Assembly (NCBI RefSeq): GCF_011386835.1
Contig: NC_088791.1
Location: 352,222,001 to 352,286,000 of the forward strand
Reading direction: 5' to 3'
Origin: Chrysemys picta bellii
Lineage: Eukaryota
DNA: 64,000 nt
Part shown: in pieces, positions 57,038-64,000 of the stretch
Numbering within the stretch: position 1 is the first letter of the stretch
Layout: every line of letters starts with the position of its first letter
Program-made: the position numbers and the translations under genes
The notes under the pieces: model-generated
The model's input: the letters and a program-made list of their open reading frames with translations, nothing else
Database searches by the model: none
Told to the model about the DNA's origin: nothing

Positions 57038-58452
57038 TTAAAAAACTTGGCACTTTTAGATTGAGATCTTCGACACTATCACTATAAGGCAGGTTTTCTA
57101 ATCTTTTAAGAATTTGTGTGACTCTTCTCTGAACAGTCTTCAATGTATAAACATCCATCTTTAATCAAGGATACCAGAAGTGGACAGTTTTCCAGCAGCA
57201 GTCACACTAGTGCCAGCTCCAAAGGTAAAATAACTTATCTACCTCTCCTGGAGGCTCCCCCATTTATCATCCCAGAATCACATTGGCTCTTTTCACCACA
57301 GGGTCACACTGATAGCTCATGTTTAGCTAATTATCTCTTCATGCCTCCAAATCTTCTTCAGAGTCATTGTGCTTCCCACGAGATTCCCCCATTGTGTAAG
57401 CATCACCTACATTCTTTGTTCCTAGATGTAGATGTCTACATAGCTATATTAGAACACACATTGTTTGTTTCACCCCAGTTTACCTACCAATCCAGATTGC
57501 TCTGAATCAGTGATCTGTCCTCTTCATTATTTACAATCCCCCCATTTTTGTGTCATCTTCCAACTTCATTGATATTCAGGCATGAGAAAGGTTAGCCGCT
57601 GAGTTTCTGCTTATACTTATCAGTTAACACCTGTACTTGTACTTGTCAGTTAACACCTGTAACTCATATCTCAGACAAAAATAGGTGCCAACAAGAAAGT
57701 GTCTCACCAAAAGAAACCAGAAGTAACAGAGGGCCTGTAGCCCTAAATACCAAGACCCTTGTGCCCCTAGTGCCCATTCTGTTGAGCACAGAGTCATACC
57801 CCAGCATGGACAGGGGACCGCAAACAGGGGAGTTTGAGAGAGGGTGAAGGAAATCATCCTGCTGAATGAACAAGGTGTGAGTACTAACCTTGGGGTGAGT
57901 GAGTTTGTTTGGCTGTTTGTGTTTTTCTTTTTCTGTCAGGTTATTTTATTTATAGGGACAATTGGGTCAACTGGGATTCTGTGTTCGGGGATTGTTTGAG
58001 CCTTTGTTCCCTTGATCATCCTTGATCAGCCTCAATCAGCCTTGTGATCACCCTCCCCTATGTGATTAACGAGGGGGTAGGGCTGACCTAGGAGGGAAGG
58101 GTTTAAAAGCCAGAGGCTAAGTGACCAAGGGGAGTTAGCAAACAGGGGATTGCAAACAGTGGAGTTTGAGAGAGGGAGTTTGTGGGAGGGAGATGTAATA
58201 AAATCACTATGGTTAGGAAGGTGTGCATCACCAGTGCCAACACTGCTCCTGTCTCCTCCACCTGTGCCTGTATCCAGACAGACAACATAACCATGGATGC
58301 CTCTGCCCATATCCTGGTGTGGATTTGCAGAGACTGTGGCCTACATTTCCCACAAACAGAAAGCCAGGCTGGGGGTACCATCCAGTGTGAGAGGTGCCTG
58401 CTAATCATTAGTGGGCACTAATGATATTGCAAGGTATGACCCTCAGCAGATC

Positions 58453-59992
58453 AGAATCATAGAATCATAGAATCATAGATTATAGGACTGGAAGGGACCT
58501 CGAGAGGTCATCGAGTCCAGTCCCCTGCCCGCATGGCAGGACCAAATACTGTCTAGAAAGTCCCTGATAGACATTTATCTAACCTACTCTTAAATATCTC
58601 CAGAGACGGAGATTCCACAACCTCCCTAGGCAATTTGTTCCAGTGTTTAACCACCCTGACAGTTAGGAACTTTTTCCTAATGTCCAACCTAGACCTCCCT
58701 TGCTGCAGTTTAAACCCATTGTTTCTGGTTCTATCCTTAGAGGCTAAGGTGAACAAGTTCTCTCCCTCCTCCTCATGACACCCTTTTAGATACCTGAAAA
58801 CTGCTATCATGTCCCCTCTCAGTCTTCTCTTCTCCAAACTAAACAAACCCAGTTCTTTCAGCCTTCCTTCATAGGTCATGTTCTCAAGACCTTTAATCAT
58901 TCTTGTTGCTCTTCTTTGGACCCTTTCCAATTTCTCCACATCTTTTTTAAAATGCGGCGCCCAGAACTGGACACAATACTCCAGCTGAGGCCTAACCAGA
59001 GCAGAGTAGAGCGGAAGAATGACTTCTCGTGTCTTGCTCACAACACACCTGTTAATGCATCCCAGAATCATGTTTGCTTTTTTTGCAACAGCATCACACT
59101 GTTGACTCATATTTAGCTTGTGGTCCACTATAACCCCTAGATCCCTTTCTGCCGTACTCCTTCCTAGACAGTCTTTTCCCATTCTGTAGGTGTGAAATTG
59201 ATTTTTCCTTCCTAAGTGGAGCACTTTGCATTTGTCTTTGTTAAACTTCATCCTGTTTAACTCAGACCATTTCTCCAATTTGTCCAGATCATTTTGAATT
59301 ATGACCCTGTCCTCCAAAGTAGTTGCAATCCCTCCCAGTTTGGTATCATCCGCAAACTTAATAAGCGTACTTTCTATGCCAATATCTAAGTCGTTGATGA
59401 AGATATTGAACAGAGCCGGTCCCAAAACAGACCCCTGCGGAACCCCACTCGTTACGCCTTTCCAGCAGGATTGGGAACCATTAATAACAACTCTCTGAGT
59501 ACGGTTATCCAGCCAGTTATGCACCCACCTTATAGTAGCCCCATCTAATTTGTATTTGCCTAGTTTATCGATAAGAATATCATGCGAGACCGTATCAAAT
59601 GCCTTACTAAAGTCTAGGTATACCACATCCACCGCTTCACCCTTATCCGCAAGGCTTGTTATTCTATCAAAGAAAGCTATCAGATTGGTTTGACATGATT
59701 TGTTCTTCACAAATCCATGCTGGCTGTTCCCTATCACCTTACTACCTTCCAAGTGTTTGCAGATGATTTCCTTAATTACTTGCTCCATTATCTTCCCTGG
59801 CACAGAAGTTAAACTAACTGGTCTGTAGTTACCTGGGTTGTTTTTATTTCCCTTTTTATAGATGGGCACTATATTTGCCCTTTTCCAGTCTTCTGGAATC
59901 TCTCCCGTCTCCCATGACTTTCCAAAGATAATAGCTAGAGGCTCAGATACCTCCTCTATTAGCTCCTTGAGTATTCTAGGATGCATTTCATC
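58453..59992 (-). mobile_element. Young 5'-truncated CR1 nested in ORF1 of the older CR1
   Basis: (ATTCTATG)n tail at 58453-58478 on the minus strand; uninterrupted ORF2 segment. Confidence 0.96.
58553..59986 (-). CDS. CR1 ORF2 RT domain and C-terminus, 477 aa, no stops (5'-truncated, probably not expressed)
   Basis: [71 protein letters not shown]. Confidence 0.9.
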   Translation of the reverse strand: MHPRILKELIEEVSEPLAIIFGKSWETGEIPEDWKRANIVPIYKKGNKNNPGNYRPVSLTSVPGKIMEQVIKEIICKHLEGSKVIGNSQHGFVKNKSCQTNLIAFFDRITSLADKGEAVDVVYLDFSKAFDTVSHDILIDKLGKYKLDGATIRWVHNWLDNRTQRVVINGSQSCWKGVTSGVPQGSVLGPALFNIFINDLDIGIESTLIKFADDTKLGGIATTLEDRVIIQNDLDKLEKWSELNRMKFNKDKCKVLHLGRKNQFHTYRMGKDCLGRSTAERDLGVIVDHKLNMSQQCDAVAKKANMILGCINRCVVSKTREVILPLYSALVRPQLEYCVQFWAPHFKKDVEKLERVQRRATRMIKGLENMTYEGRLKELGLFSLEKRRLRGDMIAVFRYLKGCHEEEGENLFTLASKDRTRNNGFKLQQGRSRLDIRKKFLTVRVVKHWNKLPREVVESPSLEIFKSRLDKCLSGTF

Positions 59993-62631
59993 CTACAGGG
60001 CTCTGGGAGTAAGGATGAGGGAGTTGGGAGCACAGGTGGTGTTCTCTTCAGGTCTTCCAGTCAAGGGTAGGTGCCTTGGTAGAGACATATGCATCCTGGA
60101 GGTGAATGCCTGGCTGCAAGGATGGTGTCACCAGGAGGGATTCAGATTCCTTGACCACAGTATGCTGTTCCAGGAAGAAGGACTGGTAAACAGAGATGGG
60201 GTCCATGTATTGAGGAAGGGGAAGAGCATATTTGGCTACAGACTGGCTAACTTAGAGAGAATGGCTTTAAACTAGGTTTGGCAGGGGCAGGTGATCAAAG
60301 GCCACAGATAAGACAAAAATATGGAGACCTGGGAGAAGGGTCTGAATCTGGGGGATCATGGGCTGTTATAGTAGAAATAAGGGAGAGACAAGACAGAAAT
60401 GGGGGGGGAGGAATAAATCAGTATCTTAGATGTGAGAAGTATGGGGAATAAGCAGGAAAAACTTAAAATGCTAGTAAATAAACACAACTATGACATAGTT
60501 GGCATCATGGAGACTTGGTGGGATAATACGCACAACTGGTTTGTTGGTATAGAAGGGTACAGCTTGCTCAGGAAGGACAGGCAGGGAAAAAAGGGAGGAG
60601 GTGTTGCCTTATTTATTAAAAATATATACACTTGGACTGAGGTTGAGATAGAAATAGGAGACAGATTTGTTGAAAGTCTCAGGATAAGGATTAAAGGGGT
60701 AAAAACAAGGGTGATGTCATGGTAGGGGTCTACTACAGACCAGCAAACCAGGAAGAAAAGGTGGATGAGGGTTTTTTAAATAACTAACAAAATCATCCAA
60801 AGCACAGGACTTGGTGGTGGTGGGGACTTCAACTACGCAGACATCTGTTGGGAAAACAACACAGCAGGGCACAGATTGTCCAACAAATTATTGGAATGTA
60901 TTGGAGATATTTTTTTTTTATTTCAGAAGGTGGAGAAAGTTACTAGGGGAGAGGCTGTTTTAGATTTGATTTTGACAAATAGGGTGGAACTGGTTGAGAA
61001 TTTGAAAGTGGAAAACTGCTTGGGTTAAAGTGATCATGAAGTGGTAAAGTTCATGATTCTAAGGAATGGTAGGAGGGAGAACAGCACAATACAGACAATG
61101 GATTTCAAGAAGGCAGACTTTAGCAACCTCAGGGAGTTGGTAGGTAAGATCTCATGGGAAGCAAGTCTAAGGGAAAAAAAAAACAATTGAAGACAGTTGG
61201 CAGTTTTTCAAAGAGACACTGTAAAGGGCACAAGAGCAAACTATCCCACAGCATAGGGAAGATAGGAAGTATGGCAAGAGACCACCCTGGCTTAACCAGG
61301 AGATCTTCAATGATCTAAAACTCAAAAAAGAGTCCTACAAAAAGTGGAAACTCAGTCAAATTACAAAGGATGAATATAAACAAATAACACAAGATGATAG
61401 GGACAAAATTAGCAAGGCCAAGGCATAAAACGAGATCAAACTAGCTAGGGACATAAAGGGTAACAAGAAAATATTCTACCAATATGTTAGAAGCAAGAGG
61501 AAGACCAAGGAGTAGGCCCATTACTCAATGAGAGGTGAAAGACAATAACAGAAAATGTGGAAATGGCAGTGGTACTTAATGACTTCTTTGTTTTGGTTTT
61601 CATCAAGAAGATTGGTGGAAATTGGATGTCTAACATAGTGAATGCCAGTGAAAATGAAAGATTCCAGATGACTGGAAAAGGGCAAATATTGTGCCCATCT
61701 ATAAAAAGGAAATAAGGACAACCCAGGTAATTACAGACGAGTCAGCTTAACTTCTATACCATGAAAGATAATGGAGCAAATAATTAAGAAATCAATTTAC
61801 AAACACCTGGAAGATAATGAGGTGATAAGTAACAGTCAGCATGGATTTGTCAAGAACAAATCGTGTCAAAGCAACCTGATAGCTTTCTTTGACAGGGTAA
61901 CAAGCCTTGTGGATGGGGGAAGCGGTAGATGTGGTATACCTTGACTTTAGTAAGGCTTTTGATACTGTCTCACATGACCTTCTCATAAACAAACTAGGGA
62001 AATACTTCCTAGATGGAGCTTCTATAAGGTGGGCACATAACTGGTTGGAAAATCATTCCCAGAAAGTAGTTTTCAGTGGTTCATAGTCAAGCTGGAAGGG
62101 CATAATGAGTGGAGTCCCGCAGGGATCGGTTCTAGGTCCGGTTCTGTTCAATAGCTTCATCAATGATTTAGATAATGGCTTAGAGCATACACTTATAAAG
62201 TTTGCAGATGATACCAAGATGGGAGAGGTTGCAAGTGTTTTTAAGGGTAGCATTAAAATTCAAAATGATCTGGACAAACTCAATTTAAATGTATACCCCA
62301 AATTAAAAAAAACATAGTAGAGGACCAAAAAAGTGCCACCATGGCTAAATAACAAAGTAAAAGAAGCAGTTAGAGGCAAAAACACATCCTTAAAAAAGTG
62401 GATGTTACATCCCATTGAGGAAAATAGAAAGGACCAGAAATGGCACAGTTAATAGGAATAGGGGAGGAAAAAGATGATGTTGGGGAGGACACTTCCAGCC
62501 AGGTCAGTGGACATGCATTGACCGCAGCCTTAGACAGCATCCAGAATGCATTCATCCAGGGAGTGTCTATCCTGGCCCATGACACAAATTTTGTTCAGAC
62601 AATACAGGGAGACCAGATGATCAGTCATGCC

Positions 62632-63217
62632 TAAGGTAAAGATTTTGTCCCAGTTATTTTTAGTAAAAGTCACGGACAGGTCATGGGCAATAAACAGAAA
62701 TACATGGAAGCCCATCACTTGTCTGTGACTTTTACTAAAAACAATGGAGCGGGGGACTGACGGGGCAATTAAAGCCCAATCAGGAGGATGAGAGCCCAAG
62801 ACCGGCTTAAGGATGGGGGGAGGTCTAGCACCTACTGCTAACACAGCTAACAGCTCTATGGCCCCTGCTGCCGCCCCAGCAGCTGGAGCTCCATGGTCCC
62901 CACTGCAGTCCCCGTGTTGCAGAATTCCAGAGCCCCTGCTGCAGCCCCAGTGTCACAGATCTCCAGAGCCCCCGCTGCCAGTAGCAGCTTGGAGCTTTGG
63001 GTCCCCCCCCCCACGGTAACTTGGAGCTCCGGGTCCCCCAGCCACCAGCGGTTGCTGAGATCTGCTGTGGCCTTGGCAACCCATGGCAGCTAAGAACTCG
63101 GGGGTCCCCTCTGGCTGACAGCTCGGTCTCCATCATCCCGGGGCTGAAGTGGAAAATGTCACAGAGATCTCTGACAGTCACAACATCTGTGACTTCCATG
63201 ACATAATCATATCCTTA
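62632..63217. mobile_element. Non-autonomous hAT-like MITE with an internal palindrome
   Basis: Ends taaggtaaagattttgtc / gacataatcatatcctta; internal 'tttagtaaaagtcacggacagg...ttgtctgtgacttttactaaa'; degenerate 8-bp flanks gtcatgcc / gccctgcc. Confidence 0.65.
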
Positions 63218-63579
63218 GCCCTGCCTGTGAACAACTTGCTGTGGTGAATGGGGAAGTGGTGGAACCCCAGTGACTGAGGCAGTGGCCACACTTGCTCCAG
63301 ACAGTAGAGTTGCTCACCACTGGGCTCAGAGTGTCAGCTGGTGTCATTAGGCGCTAAAGGCTGGCATGTTGTTGCCTCGGTAGTGCTGTCGAGGCTGCTC
63401 AGTGCTTCTGTCCTTGGAGATTGAGTGTTATCAGTATTCACAGATAAGGTAACCTGCTAGTTCAGCAGACCATGATGTTACTCATAAAGAAAGACCACAG
63501 GCATGGTTCAGTGACAAAGGGACCCTGCAGGTTTATTGCCATCTAGGCATAGACCTAGCTCCCTAGTTATGAGCCAAAT

Positions 63580-63990
63580 GAGTGTATGGAATTCCTCTCC
63601 CAGGTGGTAATACCCCAAGAAATCCTTATTGATCAAGGACCTAACTTCACTTTACAATTAATGAAAGAACTTTGTGATCTACTGAAGGTAAAGACATTAA
63701 GAACTTATGGGTTTGTAGAGCAATTTCACAGAACTTTGATGGCAAGATTAAAGAAGTTTGTATCCTCAAATTCCAAATGCTGAGACCAACTCTTCCCCCA
63801 CTTCCTTTTTGCTATCAGGAAAGTGCCTCAAGCCTCCAAGTTTTCTCCCTTTCAACTGCTGTCTGGGAGGCAGCCTTTAGGCTTTCCAGTCCTGCTTGGA
63901 GAAACATGGGAAAGCAAAGACCCCAGATGATGAACATAGTCCAATACATTCTCAAATTAGGCAAGCACCTCAAGACTTTGTGAGCATTTG
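63580..63990 (+). mobile_element. Gypsy integrase core remnant
   Basis: IPQEILIDQGPNFTLQLMKELCDLLKVKTLRT...FVEQFHRTL (cf. GIPKEILTDQGTNF...ERFNRTL). Confidence 0.85.
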
Positions 63991-64000
63991 CTAGAAGAAT

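Larger units (their letters stand above)
57808..62280 (+). mobile_element. Older near-full-length CR1 (5'UTR, ORF1 zinc finger/esterase, EN, partial RT), degraded and 3'-truncated
   Basis: VWICRDCGLHF...IQCERCLL (ORF1 ZnF); VGTND...YRALGVRMRELGAQVVFSS (esterase); MGNKQEKL...DIVGIMETWWD...KDRQGKKGGGVAL (EN); SGVPQGSVLGPVLFNSFINDLD...KFADDTK (RT). Confidence 0.9.

Overview
This is vertebrate genomic DNA, most likely from a turtle (inferred from the characteristic CR1, Penelope, Harbinger, hAT and Gypsy-LTR families; I cannot assign a species). The window holds part of a class I (OR52-like) olfactory receptor cluster with five genes. Three near-identical minus-strand genes (1-566 partial, 6130-7068, 11983-12921) lie in ~5.9-6.5 kb tandem units. 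Two plus-strand genes (28296-29234, 40518-41456) lie in ~10 kb duplicated units that are inverted paralogues of the minus-strand units. All four complete ORFs are intact, single-exon, 312 aa. The rest is dense, nested transposon debris plus a few young insertions. Comparing the paralogous units by eye gives these main observations: (i) a candidate OR promoter/first-exon module (O/E site, TATA-like box, G|GTGAGT donor) ~4-7.5 kb upstream, matched by a splice acceptor exactly 44 nt before the ATG in all five genes; (ii) loss of that module upstream of the intact OR at 28296 through an inversion plus deletion; (iii) a mappable unequal-crossover breakpoint near 8245; (iv) five Penelope-derived insertions, four of them short hairpins, four carrying a hammerhead-ribozyme-like motif; (v) a ~50-bp minisatellite that travels with each OR unit and sits at rearrangement breakpoints. 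No CRISPR array, tRNA or rRNA gene was seen. Alignments and counts were done manually, so repeat boundaries are approximate unless a TSD or TIR is quoted.
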